Below, piece by piece: positions 12,514-22,564 of a stretch of 64,000 nucleotides of DNA; position 1 is the first letter of the stretch; the number at the start of each line of letters is the position of its first letter. The stretch is taken from NCBI GenBank assembly GCA_963727805.1, contig CAVSHF010000005.1:576001-640000 (forward strand). Reading direction: 5' to 3'. Origin of the DNA: an uncultured Nitrospiraceae bacterium. GTDB taxonomy: Bacteria; Nitrospirota; Thermodesulfovibrionia; Thermodesulfovibrionales; Dissulfurispiraceae. The notes beneath the pieces were generated by a model, which ran no database searches, was not told the origin of the DNA, and saw nothing but the letters and a program-made list of their open reading frames with translations. A program made the translations under genes and the position numbers.

Positions 12514-14055
12514 CTATGTCTCAGGCGCAGCAGCTTCCACCCTGTTTCTTCCTCCTTTTTTTGCGACATAGAGTGCCTCGTCAGCTTTCGTTATTAAGGC
12601 AGCTCCGGAGTCCTTATCCAACAATTCGGCAACACCGGCACTTATCGTTACGTTACCGACAGCAGGATAGGAGTATTGCCCGACTGCCACGCGTATCTTC
12701 TCCGCAAGCACTAAAGCTCCTTCAATGCTTGTTTCCGGTGAGAGGACTATAAACTCTTCTCCGCCGTACCGTGCAAAGATATCGACTTGTCGGATGACAC
12801 TACCAACAATATTCGTAATTGTCTTCAGAACGATGTCTCCACTAGTATGCCCGTAATTATCGTTAACTTTTTTAAAATGGTCGATGTCCAACATAATGAT
12901 CGAGAGTGGGCGTGAATACCTTTTCGCCTTTTCGACTTCGGTCCCAAGCAGTTCTAGAAGCTTTCTCCTGTTATAGATCATCGTCAGAGGATCTCTTTCT
13001 GAAAGCTCGCGCAGCTTTTCCTCAACGCGTTTGCGCTCCGCAATCTCGCCCAGCAGCAACTCGTTGGTTTCAGCAAGATCAATGGTCCGTTCCCGGATCC
13101 TCATCTCGAGCTCAGCATACGCTTTTTGAAGCTTTTCTCCCGCCTGTTTTCGCTCGGTAATATCCTCTATCACCCCGTCCATCCATTTGATGTCGCCGTT
13201 TTCGTCATATTGCGCAGTCGCCGTAACTGAACACCAGATGGGCGTCCCATCTTTTTTTCGCACAGCCAGTTCCCTGTCTTTTACAAAGCCGGTCTGTTTT
13301 AGCTCAATAATGAAATTTATCCTGTCCTCAGGATTCTGGTATGTGCTTGATACTGTATTTTCCATAAATTCCTCTACCGAATCATACCCAAACATCTTCG
13401 CCATGGCCGGGTTTGCCTGAATAAAACGTCCTTCTCCAGAAGTATTCCTATAAATGCCAATATTGATATTGTTAATAACCGAACGATATTTATCCTCGCT
13501 CTCGCTCAGGGACTTTTGAGTTTCGATTATCTTGAGAGAACGTTCCGCCAGATCGGAGATGAAACGCACGAGTGCCCTATCATAGGCGAGGATATAGTTA
13601 ACCTTTTCTTCACTAAAGACCGGCATCTGGTCGAGTGCCTCAAGATAGCTGTCGAGATTATATCCGAATTCATGCGCCTGTCGGATGAAAAATTCCCGAT
13701 CGGGACCTTCTCCTTCAAAATTAAACTGCGTCAGAAACATAGTTGCAAGGTGCCGTCCCGCTACCACAATAGGCATGGCGATATGCCAAAGTCCATTCTT
13801 GCATTTATATTGACAGGTTTCCCCCTCAATGAGCTGATCCCTGACATATGCGTCGCTTTCAAGACAACGTGCATGCGAAAGGGGGTTTGCGCGGTGAAAC
13901 TTTGTGCAGATATCCTGCCATCCTGCCGAAACAAGGATTGATGTGTCAAAAGCATCGATAATGCTCATCGGCAAGCCACTAGCGCGGAAGTTCGATTCGG
14001 CGAGTGTTTGAATGATAGTCATGTCAAGTAATTCAGGAAGCCGGTAATCAGTCAT
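12514..14055 (-). CDS. Diguanylate cyclase with PocR sensor and PAS domains
   Basis: PocR-like WQDICTKFHR..YKCKNGL, PAS/PAC, DPLT..DIDHFKKVNDNYGH..RYGGEEF. Confidence 0.9.
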   Translation of the reverse strand: MTDYRLPELLDMTIIQTLAESNFRASGLPMSIIDAFDTSILVSAGWQDICTKFHRANPLSHARCLESDAYVRDQLIEGETCQYKCKNGLWHIAMPIVVAGRHLATMFLTQFNFEGEGPDREFFIRQAHEFGYNLDSYLEALDQMPVFSEEKVNYILAYDRALVRFISDLAERSLKIIETQKSLSESEDKYRSVINNINIGIYRNTSGEGRFIQANPAMAKMFGYDSVEEFMENTVSSTYQNPEDRINFIIELKQTGFVKDRELAVRKKDGTPIWCSVTATAQYDENGDIKWMDGVIEDITERKQAGEKLQKAYAELEMRIRERTIDLAETNELLLGEIAERKRVEEKLRELSERDPLTMIYNRRKLLELLGTEVEKAKRYSRPLSIIMLDIDHFKKVNDNYGHTSGDIVLKTITNIVGSVIRQVDIFARYGGEEFIVLSPETSIEGALVLAEKIRVAVGQYSYPAVGNVTISAGVAELLDKDSGAALITKADEALYVAKKGGRNRVEAAAPET

Positions 14056-14324
14056 CTACTCCCTCTCAACTGTTCGCCCGTGTTTCAGAGATATAACGTT
14101 TTATTATTGCTTAAATTCATCTCAATAATAAAGCCAGCGATGAGGTATTTGTCAACTTAACGACAAATGTTGTCAAAGGACATTGTGGCAGGTGGTTATT
14201 AAAGATGTCACCTCTGACTCTGGATAGCATGCGAGGATCGCAGGAATCTATCGTCAAATATGTCCGGATTTAAAGAAATCACCCAAGAATGCTATGCTAT
14301 CATTTATGTATAGCGGAGACTCAC

Positions 14325-16988
14325 ATGATTGAAAGAACATACAAATACCGCAGGGAAGACTTTGGCGAACTTCCTATCAAGCTCGACCATATGACCATGT
14401 ACATCAATTTTCTTGAAGATAGGGTGACGGCGACAAACTGCCTTGAAATAACTGCACGGATTGATGTTGATGAAGTCGCTCTTGACGCACGTGAACTGCA
14501 GATCCATCTGGTTGAATGGTGCTGGCGCCCTGATAAACTTAAGGAGGAATCAAGGCAGCTGGCCTACCACTTTATCCCGGAGAAGAATCAACTCATCGTA
14601 AAACTCCCAAAGACCGTGAAAACCGGCGAATGCTTCATATTACGCACCACAACATCCTGCCTCCCCTCTGATCATCTTTTTGAGGGAATTTACAAAGACA
14701 CTACTCCGCCCGGAGCTCCGCAACAGTACATGTCACAGTGCCAGCAGTGGGGTTTTCAGCGCATTATGCCAGTATTTGACGATTGCAGGGCTAAGTGCAC
14801 AATGACAACTACCATAGAAGCGGATAGCCGGTATACACACCTAATCAGCAACGGCGATGTCAGCCGCAAAACCAATCCCAACGGCAAGTCTCTGTTGAAG
14901 CCAGGAGATCCGTCGCGGCAGATTATCACTTACGAAAACCTGCTGCCCATGGCGCCTTATCTGTTCCTCATCTGCGTCGGAACATGGGACACCCTCGTTG
15001 ATGAGGTGATATATCCGTCAGGTCGCACGGTGCGGATGGAATATTTAGTGCCGCCTGGCATGACTGAATATGTCCGCATGCCGATGGAAATCCTCAAGGA
15101 GTCTGCCCTGTGGATTGAAAAGACACAAGGATACGAATACACAGGAGAGATCTACCGGACCATATGCATGAACAAATCCAACTTTGGCGGGATGGAAAAT
15201 GTAGGCAACACCACGATAGTCACCGATGCAGCGATAATCACTGACCATACGCTCGATTCAGGGCTTCTGTACGCCCATGCTGTCATCGTGCACGAGTTCG
15301 AGCACAACCAGTGCGGAAGCGAGACGACCATGGAAACGCCCTTTGACGTATGGCTCAATGAAGCCTATACAGTCGATGTAGAACGGCAATTTATGGCGGA
15401 TCTGTTCAATCCTGCTTTTATCAGGCTCAACCAAGTCGAAAGCATAAGGAATCCTCTGCTCGGCCCGCTTGCGATCGAGGATGCCGGCTACGGCGGACGT
15501 ATCGTCCGCGAAGGCTTCAATGACCCGGAGGAACTGATCGATGGCGTCACCTATGTAAAAGCCGCTGAGGTTATAAGGATGCTCCGCCTGATTCTCGGCA
15601 ATGACAGGTTTCTTGCAGGTAAAAGGCTCTACTTCAGCCGTTATTATAACAGCAATGCCGATACCGAACAGTTTCTCGCCTGCTTCGAAGAGGTTTCAGG
15701 TATTTCCCTTAAACAGTTCAGTCAGGGATGGCTATATCAAGCAGGGTATCCAAAGGTTACTGCGGAGACCTGGTATGAAGCCTCTTCAAAGCATTATACA
15801 ATTCGCTTAGCGCAGGAACTTGCGACGGACCACATACCGTTTCACATGCCGATAGAACTCGCACTCGTAGACACAATGGGGAAAGACATACCGGGGACCG
15901 CAACAACGTATCAGTTAAAAGATGTTTCGGCAGAATTGACCTTCGAAGGCATTGAAGAGCCACCGGCATTTGCCTCGCTAAATCGTGACTATTCCTTTTA
16001 TGGAACCTTCGTTGATAAGAGCTCAACTAAAGAGAGCCTTGCGATCCAGGCGCAATTCGATTCAAATCCTTACAACAAAGTCGATGCCTTTCGCAGACTC
16101 ACGGATGCTGAACGGACCAAATTTCTCGAGGACCCAAATGCAGCTATCGACACCCATTGGCTTGAACTCTATGGCAAAATGCTGCGAGATACGACAATCC
16201 ATCCTTCACTTAAGGCATATAGCCTGAAAATTGAGGAGCAGCCGCTCGATAGGGCTTATCTCACTTGGTATCAGGAGCAGGTGATCGCCAGAGAAAAATT
16301 AATGACGGCAGTCAATAGCACATACCAAGACACGCTCGTCGCTCAGTTTCACGCGATCGATACCCATTCAAAAGCAAAAAGGCGATCGCCAAACGATGGT
16401 ATCGAGGAGCGAATGCTCAAAAATGTACTACTAGACCTGATTGCGATCGATGATAGCGCTATGAGCCATTCCATCATTCTTGAGCATTACCGGCTTGCAA
16501 CCACGGCGACTGACAGAGTAGTTGCCCTCTCCGCTCTCAACAGGAGTTCAGAACAATCACGCCTCGGTATCCTTGAAGAAATCTATAGACAATGGCACCC
16601 CCACCTGAGCGGTTATGCCAATTATCTACGCATAGTTTCAGGCGGTACTTGCAATGATGTCTTTGAAATGATCGAGGTTGAGAGACGGCGGCCGACCTTC
16701 GATATTACCCAGCCGACCTGGGCGAGAGCGCTCTTCCTGACCATGGCGATGAACAATAAGATGGTCTGGACGGAAACAGGGATTGGATGGCTCACTAATA
16801 CGATCATTGAGTTGGCGCCAATCAACATGACGACCGCAAGCCGGCTGCTCAATACCTTCCAGCACGCCCGCAATCTGAAGTCTGCTCTCAGGGAAAGGGT
16901 TCTGGGATCCCTAGAGCTAATTATCGACAAGCTTACCGAAAGTAAACATCCGGCAATCCATCAGCAGGCAACGGCATATCTCGGATAA
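14325..16988 (+). CDS. pepN: Aminopeptidase N (M1 family)
   Basis: GGMEN, HEFEH-x18-E zinc motif, VTYVKAAEVIRML; ATG after GGAG. Confidence 0.85.
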   Translation: MIERTYKYRREDFGELPIKLDHMTMYINFLEDRVTATNCLEITARIDVDEVALDARELQIHLVEWCWRPDKLKEESRQLAYHFIPEKNQLIVKLPKTVKTGECFILRTTTSCLPSDHLFEGIYKDTTPPGAPQQYMSQCQQWGFQRIMPVFDDCRAKCTMTTTIEADSRYTHLISNGDVSRKTNPNGKSLLKPGDPSRQIITYENLLPMAPYLFLICVGTWDTLVDEVIYPSGRTVRMEYLVPPGMTEYVRMPMEILKESALWIEKTQGYEYTGEIYRTICMNKSNFGGMENVGNTTIVTDAAIITDHTLDSGLLYAHAVIVHEFEHNQCGSETTMETPFDVWLNEAYTVDVERQFMADLFNPAFIRLNQVESIRNPLLGPLAIEDAGYGGRIVREGFNDPEELIDGVTYVKAAEVIRMLRLILGNDRFLAGKRLYFSRYYNSNADTEQFLACFEEVSGISLKQFSQGWLYQAGYPKVTAETWYEASSKHYTIRLAQELATDHIPFHMPIELALVDTMGKDIPGTATTYQLKDVSAELTFEGIEEPPAFASLNRDYSFYGTFVDKSSTKESLAIQAQFDSNPYNKVDAFRRLTDAERTKFLEDPNAAIDTHWLELYGKMLRDTTIHPSLKAYSLKIEEQPLDRAYLTWYQEQVIAREKLMTAVNSTYQDTLVAQFHAIDTHSKAKRRSPNDGIEERMLKNVLLDLIAIDDSAMSHSIILEHYRLATTATDRVVALSALNRSSEQSRLGILEEIYRQWHPHLSGYANYLRIVSGGTCNDVFEMIEVERRRPTFDITQPTWARALFLTMAMNNKMVWTETGIGWLTNTIIELAPINMTTASRLLNTFQHARNLKSALRERVLGSLELIIDKLTESKHPAIHQQATAYLG

Positions 16989-17067
16989 CTCTCTCACAAG
17001 AGGCGTACACTTCTTGGATGGTAAACAAAGGGGAGCGAAGTCAGAAGCATTATAGCAAACAGCGCTA

Positions 17068-19071
17068 TCAGAGGAGAACCTTGTCTGCCATCTCCTGAAC
17101 GCTTTCTGCAAAAAAGAAACTCACGTCTTTTTTTATCTTCGCAGGAAGGTTGTCAATATCCACCCTATTCTTAACAGGCAGAATTACTTCCTTGATCCCT
17201 GCTCTCCGTGCAGCAAGAATCTTTTCCCTTATGCCCCCGACAGGCAATATTCTGCCGCTGAGCGTAAGCTCGCCTGACACCGCTACATCTCGTCTGGCAG
17301 GCCTTCCCATAAGAAGGGAGATAAGCGCCATAGCGATCGTGACCCCGGCCGACGGGCCATCCTTTGGTATGGCTCCTGCGGGCACATGGATATGGATATC
17401 ATGATTTTCGAAGAAATCTTCAGGCAACTTGAATGTCCCCGCATTACTTCTTACATAACTCAGAGCGGCTTGAGCAGACTCGCGCATTACTGTACCAAGA
17501 GAGCCGGTGAGGATAAGCTCTTTGCTGCCCCACATCTTCGCTGCCTCCACAAATATAATATCACCACCTGTTTCAGTCCAAACCAAGCCAGTGGTGACTC
17601 CTATGCGGTTCTTGGCAGTCGCTGCCTCGAAATCATATTTTCTCGGGCCGAGGAATGATTCGACCACTTCCGGCGTGATCCGAAGAACTTCTGCAGGACA
17701 CTTTTTCAGGACTGTTTCTTTGGCTATCTTGCGGCACACGGTTGCGATCTGCCGTTCAAGACCCCTCAGTCCCGCTTCCTTTGTGTATCCCTGTATGATT
17801 TTCGCAACTGCTTCTGTATTAAATTTAGGTGGGCATTGAGACAGGCCTTGCTCGCGGACCTGTCTTGGAATGAGATACCGTTGGGCGATCATTTCCTTGT
17901 CCTCCTCGGTATATCCGGAGAACTCGATGACCTCGAGCCTGTCAAGAAGGGGTTCATAGATATTATCAGCTACATTAGCCGTCACAATAAACATCACACT
18001 TGAAAGATCAAAGGGGACATCGAGGTAGTGATCTATAAATGCGCAGTGTTGTTCGGGGTCAAGCACCTCCAGAAGAGCTGAAGCAGTGTCAACCCTGGAC
18101 TCGTTATGCATCTTGTCTATCTCATCGAGCATAAGGACAGGATTCGCAGACTGAGCACGTCGTATTTCTTCGATGATTCTTCCCGGCATGGCGCCAGCAT
18201 AAGTCCTGCGGTGACCCCTGATTTCCGCTTCATCGCGCACACCACCAAGAGATATCCTGGAGAACTGTCTTCCAAGGGCATCGGCGATACCGTGGCCCAA
18301 TGATGTCTTGCCCGTGCCCGGAGGGCCAGAAAAGCACAGGACAGACCCTTTCACAGACGTTTTTGAAGCGCTCGCTACAGCCTTCTTTACTGAAGCCCTG
18401 ACTTCGTCGAGATTAAAAGGTTTAGTGATGTAGTCGAATGCACCCTTCTTAGTGGCTTCCAGGGCTGACTCAATGGAAGCATAAGCTGTTATAATAATCA
18501 CTCTCGTATCCGGATAGCTGATCCTGATCTTTTCGAGCAATTCCATACCACCCATTTTGGCCATTCTCAGGTCCGTTAGAACGATATCAAAGCTGGACAC
18601 ATCAGCTTTCCTTATGGCCTCAGTGCCACTTGCAGCGGTTTCGACGGCATAATTCTCCCGCTTCAGGATGTGCTCAAGATTTTTGACCGCGACCTCTTCG
18701 TCGTCTACAATCAGGATGTTGGGCTGCTTGCCCTGGGACTTCAGCAGTGTTTTTACAGCGAGATGTTCGAGAATCCGTTCTTTGACATTACCGAGCCCGA
18801 AATGCCTTTCACTGAGAATCATTTCCGCCCGGCGCAGGTCGAGGTTGTCTTCGGTCTTTTTGTTCCAAGGTAGACTGACAAGGTATTCAATATAGGTAAG
18901 GCCTATTGAATATTCCGCCATCAGGGGGCTAATCCTGGAGATAGTCAGAAGTTCATTCTGAGCTATCTCCAGGACTTCGGTAGGCATACTCGCGGAGAAG
19001 ATCTTCTGTTTCAGGTCTTCTATTGCATCTATCTGGAGTTTATCGTCACCTTTCTTAAAAAAGCTCATCAA
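17068..19071 (-). CDS. Lon (S16) protease lacking the N-terminal substrate domain, with an inserted receiver domain
   Basis: YIEYLVSLPW, HFGLGNVKERILE, REC (ILIVDDE..TDLRM..KPF), GPPGTGKT, RGHRRTY, LDEIDK, PKDGPSAG. Confidence 0.9.
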   Translation of the reverse strand: MMSFFKKGDDKLQIDAIEDLKQKIFSASMPTEVLEIAQNELLTISRISPLMAEYSIGLTYIEYLVSLPWNKKTEDNLDLRRAEMILSERHFGLGNVKERILEHLAVKTLLKSQGKQPNILIVDDEEVAVKNLEHILKRENYAVETAASGTEAIRKADVSSFDIVLTDLRMAKMGGMELLEKIRISYPDTRVIIITAYASIESALEATKKGAFDYITKPFNLDEVRASVKKAVASASKTSVKGSVLCFSGPPGTGKTSLGHGIADALGRQFSRISLGGVRDEAEIRGHRRTYAGAMPGRIIEEIRRAQSANPVLMLDEIDKMHNESRVDTASALLEVLDPEQHCAFIDHYLDVPFDLSSVMFIVTANVADNIYEPLLDRLEVIEFSGYTEEDKEMIAQRYLIPRQVREQGLSQCPPKFNTEAVAKIIQGYTKEAGLRGLERQIATVCRKIAKETVLKKCPAEVLRITPEVVESFLGPRKYDFEAATAKNRIGVTTGLVWTETGGDIIFVEAAKMWGSKELILTGSLGTVMRESAQAALSYVRSNAGTFKLPEDFFENHDIHIHVPAGAIPKDGPSAGVTIAMALISLLMGRPARRDVAVSGELTLSGRILPVGGIREKILAARRAGIKEVILPVKNRVDIDNLPAKIKKDVSFFFAESVQEMADKVLL

Positions 19072-19131
19072 TTACATTATTACATAAATGATGTCTTCAT
19101 GCCAGTGTCTTGCATCCTAATTATTTCTTAA

Positions 19132-19311
19132 TTATTTCCTCAAGCCTGGGGCCTTAAGTTCTTTCCTCGGCCTTAACGAGGGAACGACACGCTCAAACTG
19201 CCGCGGCCTGTCTTCCTCGCGCATATATTCTCTTGCAGTCTCAAATTCACCTGCTTCGGCAAAAGTGATGGCGACGAATAAATTCTCGATCTTTTTGGTC
19301 AGCCCTTTCAT
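19132..19311 (-). CDS. Small protein (59 aa) with an AITFAEAGEFETAR motif
   Basis: Strong SD AAGGAGG before ATG 19311; same motif ends the receiver protein at 27679-28137. Confidence 0.75.
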   Translation of the reverse strand: MKGLTKKIENLFVAITFAEAGEFETAREYMREEDRPRQFERVVPSLRPRKELKAPGLRK

Positions 19312-19392
19312 AATGATCCTCCTTTTTACTCCTCTTAGTAAGGCCGGAGAGTTCTCTCCAGCTCCCAATTCCGTACTCGTTATTATATTTAA

Positions 19393-19408
19393 TGCATTTC
19401 TCATGCCA
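19393..19408 (-). promoter_or_regulatory. Sigma54 -24/-12 promoter for the small protein and REC-Lon genes
   Basis: TGGCATGAGAAATGCA on the minus strand, with correct GG-N10-GC spacing. Confidence 0.7.
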
Positions 19409-19877
19409 GATCGTATCTCATTGAAAAACTAAGGCCACAGCTGACTCGCTAGATTGTAAGTACTTTCCTGATGATTCAAAATGAAACGCCGAAGGAACAC
19501 TGTAGTATTTTCAGCCCCCAACGCCGCCTAGTAACAACAGACCTATTAACCGGAGATAAACTGTTGCGTTTAAAATAGCTCTATTGCATTTTGCAATGCA
19601 TATGGTAAAACAGGCAATTATCTTGAGAATTCACAAAGATTCGCCTTGAAAATCCCTACATCTCATGGTATGCTCAGAAAAGCGAATGCATTGCATTGCA
19701 TTGCAATGATTCGGGCGTTCCATCGTCAATCATGGCATCGAAAAAGTCCGGCGTGATACTGATCTTAAAGGGACAGAGCGAACAATCAGGACACTGCACC
19801 ATCTAATGTCGTATTCTCACAAGTTGTATCATGGGCAGTCCTGTCGCTTCATCATGACTGAGGAAAGGGGTCTATTT

Positions 19878-22031
19878 ATGCGTCCGCGCATCGATGAAGA
19901 GTTGGATACCGTTAAACGGCTTGACAAAGTAGTGGATCTGATCGAAATCGCTGGAGGGTTGCCGGCTTCTACAGTTTTGGTAGTCGGCGGGCACCGCGTC
20001 GAGGACCTTCGACTTGTCGAGTCTGCGAGGGACCACGGGATAGTCGACAGAATAATCCTCGTGGGCGTGAAAAATCGAATCACAAAATCCATAGACGAAG
20101 TTGGGATTGAAATTGATCAAAAAGATATCGTACCGGCTGACAATGACGAGCAGATCGCCAGAGCGACTGTCGAGTTCATCAAGACCGGCGGAGTCGACAT
20201 AGTGCTGAAAGGGGCCATCTCTACCCCCATTATCAACCGCAATATGCTCCCGTTGGCCATCCGTTCCACTGTGAGCCTGGCTACTGTCTTTGACGCCGCA
20301 TCCATAGCTGGTGGTCGACCCATCCTTCTCACCGACGCAGGTGTCACAACTGTATGCAACTTTGGTAGAATACAGGACCTGGTCCGCAATGCTGTTGATG
20401 TGGCGCGGACAGTAATGGGTATCGATCGACCACGGGTGGCAATGCTTTCTGCCAACGAAAAACAGATACCCTCTCTCCCATCAACCTGGATTGGGTTAGA
20501 GACTGCAAAAAGATCCTGGCCGGATGCCATTGTCTGCGGGCCGCTCTCATTTGATCTGGCAACCGATCCCGAATCGGTCTCTATCAAGGGTCTGCCGGAC
20601 GTGCCCAATGCTGCTGAGGTGGCTGGACGTGCCGATATTCTCGTCTGCCCCGGTATCGACACCGCAAATACGCTGTATAAGACAATATCAGCCATGAATA
20701 AATACGGTGAGGCTTCTCTGGCCAGCATCACAGTTGGCTTCCCCATGCCGTATATCATCCTTTCACGCTCGGACAGCCTGGAGACACGGCTGGTTTCGGT
20801 TGCCTTGTCTGCAGTCTACGTCCAGCGCAGCTTGCAGAAACATATCATCTCACAGCCTGACACAGTAGCGACCCCTGTTTCGAAAGCCTATCGTGTGCTG
20901 GCGGTCAACCCAGGATCAACGTCGATGAAAGTTGCGCTCTACGAGGGCGATCGTTGTCTGCAGCAGGAGGAAGTTGCCTGTGAGATTGTCCTTGGCGGTA
21001 CTGCTGCCCAGCGCAATATCCAAGCAGAGCAATTGACTCAGCAGGCAATCGACTTGCTTGATAACTGGAAAGAAACAAAAATAGATGCAGTCGCCGCCCG
21101 CGGAGGGTTTCTGTCGCGTCCGGCAGAAAAACTGGCTGGGGGCTCATATCTTGTCGCGGAAAAGTGCGATGGGAAAATCATCGTAGACGACGCCATTGTT
21201 TCAGCGGTGCGGGACTACCCTGAGAGGGAACATGCCAGTAATTATGGGGCCCCTGTTGCTGCCGCGCTGGCTGAGAAGCTAGGCGTTCCGGCACTAGTCG
21301 TAGACCCGGTGGTGGTAGATGAATTCAGCCTGGAAGCTGAACTGTCGGGATACGAACCGATAGTTCGCCGCAGCACCTCGCATGCCCTAAGTATTCGCGC
21401 AGCAGCTCGAAGGACGGCTCAGGATATCGGCCGTTCAATTGAGGATATCAATCTTGTAGTCGCGCACTTGGGCGGCGGAATTACAGTAGCGGCTGTTCGC
21501 GGAGGCAAGATCGTCGATAACAACATAGCCCTGCTTGGCGGCGGGCCATTCACGCCTCAAAGGGCCGGGGAATTACCCACCGGAGAACTAATCGATTTAT
21601 GCTATTCGGGGCGGTTCACACGGGATGAACTGATCGCGGAACTCACCAAAAAAGGGGGGCTCCAGTCTTATCTTGGTACCCACCGAATGGAAGAGATCGA
21701 GCAGCAGATCGCTACCGGCGACAAGCGTGCGAGTCTCGCTGTCGATGCGATGTGCTACCAGATAGCCAAAGAGATCGGCAAAGCATTCGTTGCAGTAGGA
21801 TGCGACGTGGAGGCGATCGTACTGACCGGCGGGCTGACTCACAGTAAGTTGGTGCGCGACAACCTTCGTCGACGGGTAATCCGGTTGGCGCCGGTCATCG
21901 TTTACGCGGGTTCACTAGAGATGGCAGCACTTGCCGCTGGTGCGATGGACATGCTATCAGGCCGTCGCACTCCAACTCGCTACAAGGCTTCCGTAACCAT
22001 TGACATATCCCGAAATATCGGAGGGACTTAA
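19878..22031 (+). CDS. Phosphate butyryltransferase-butyrate kinase fusion
   Basis: N-half PTA/PTB (LLTDAG, GPLSFDLA, ADIL, SRSDS); C-half Buk (NPGSTSMK, HASNYG, VDPVVVDE, HAL, HLGGG, GPFTPQRAG). Start uncertain (19806-19878). Confidence 0.88.
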   Translation: MRPRIDEELDTVKRLDKVVDLIEIAGGLPASTVLVVGGHRVEDLRLVESARDHGIVDRIILVGVKNRITKSIDEVGIEIDQKDIVPADNDEQIARATVEFIKTGGVDIVLKGAISTPIINRNMLPLAIRSTVSLATVFDAASIAGGRPILLTDAGVTTVCNFGRIQDLVRNAVDVARTVMGIDRPRVAMLSANEKQIPSLPSTWIGLETAKRSWPDAIVCGPLSFDLATDPESVSIKGLPDVPNAAEVAGRADILVCPGIDTANTLYKTISAMNKYGEASLASITVGFPMPYIILSRSDSLETRLVSVALSAVYVQRSLQKHIISQPDTVATPVSKAYRVLAVNPGSTSMKVALYEGDRCLQQEEVACEIVLGGTAAQRNIQAEQLTQQAIDLLDNWKETKIDAVAARGGFLSRPAEKLAGGSYLVAEKCDGKIIVDDAIVSAVRDYPEREHASNYGAPVAAALAEKLGVPALVVDPVVVDEFSLEAELSGYEPIVRRSTSHALSIRAAARRTAQDIGRSIEDINLVVAHLGGGITVAAVRGGKIVDNNIALLGGGPFTPQRAGELPTGELIDLCYSGRFTRDELIAELTKKGGLQSYLGTHRMEEIEQQIATGDKRASLAVDAMCYQIAKEIGKAFVAVGCDVEAIVLTGGLTHSKLVRDNLRRRVIRLAPVIVYAGSLEMAALAAGAMDMLSGRRTPTRYKASVTIDISRNIGGT

Positions 22032-22033
22032 AA

Positions 22034-22519
22034 ATGAATCAGACAGAAAAAAACCATTGGGTCTTCAGAGCCCACGTACTTGATCGTTCCGGTGCGCTGA
22101 CCAGCATCGCCTCCGCTTTCAGCAATGAGGGCGTAAGCATCGACACTGTCGTGGGGCACGGCTCCGAGGTCTTAGCGGGTACAGATGGCAGCGTTGTGCT
22201 GACCTTCTGTTGTAGCGAAGAGGAAAAAGACAGGATGGTCCGCAAGGTAAGACGTCTCAGCAAGGTGACTCGTCTGCAGGAGCATCCTTATGAGTCGCAG
22301 AGCCTGCGAAAGTCGGCTATCATTCTGGCAAACCGAGAGCTAAAGCCGATTGACGTGGTGGGAGAAATAGCCTTTCTGACAAGCGAGCTAGTGAAAGCCG
22401 ATGCTAACGGCTGGACTTATCTGCTGGCGGGCTCACCCAGTGACCTTGACCCTGTGCTGGAACGCCTCGAAACCGGAGGGGTTGTTAAGGACATCATCTA
22501 CTCGGTGCTGAGTCTCTAA
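22034..22519 (+). CDS. ACT-domain protein (IlvH/IlvN-like)
   Basis: VLDRSGALTSIASAFSNEGVSIDTV ACT signature; begins 2 bp after ptb-buk. Confidence 0.7.
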   Translation: MNQTEKNHWVFRAHVLDRSGALTSIASAFSNEGVSIDTVVGHGSEVLAGTDGSVVLTFCCSEEEKDRMVRKVRRLSKVTRLQEHPYESQSLRKSAIILANRELKPIDVVGEIAFLTSELVKADANGWTYLLAGSPSDLDPVLERLETGGVVKDIIYSVLSL

Positions 22520-22564
22520 AATTCACGGCCGCAACAACTTGCTTGCTTTGAGCACTTGCGAACG

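Noticed and set aside
19088..19104. Second sigma54 promoter (TGGCATGAAG...) directly before Lon; similar TGGCA at 19733 and 25502
   Set aside because: No GC at the -12 position.
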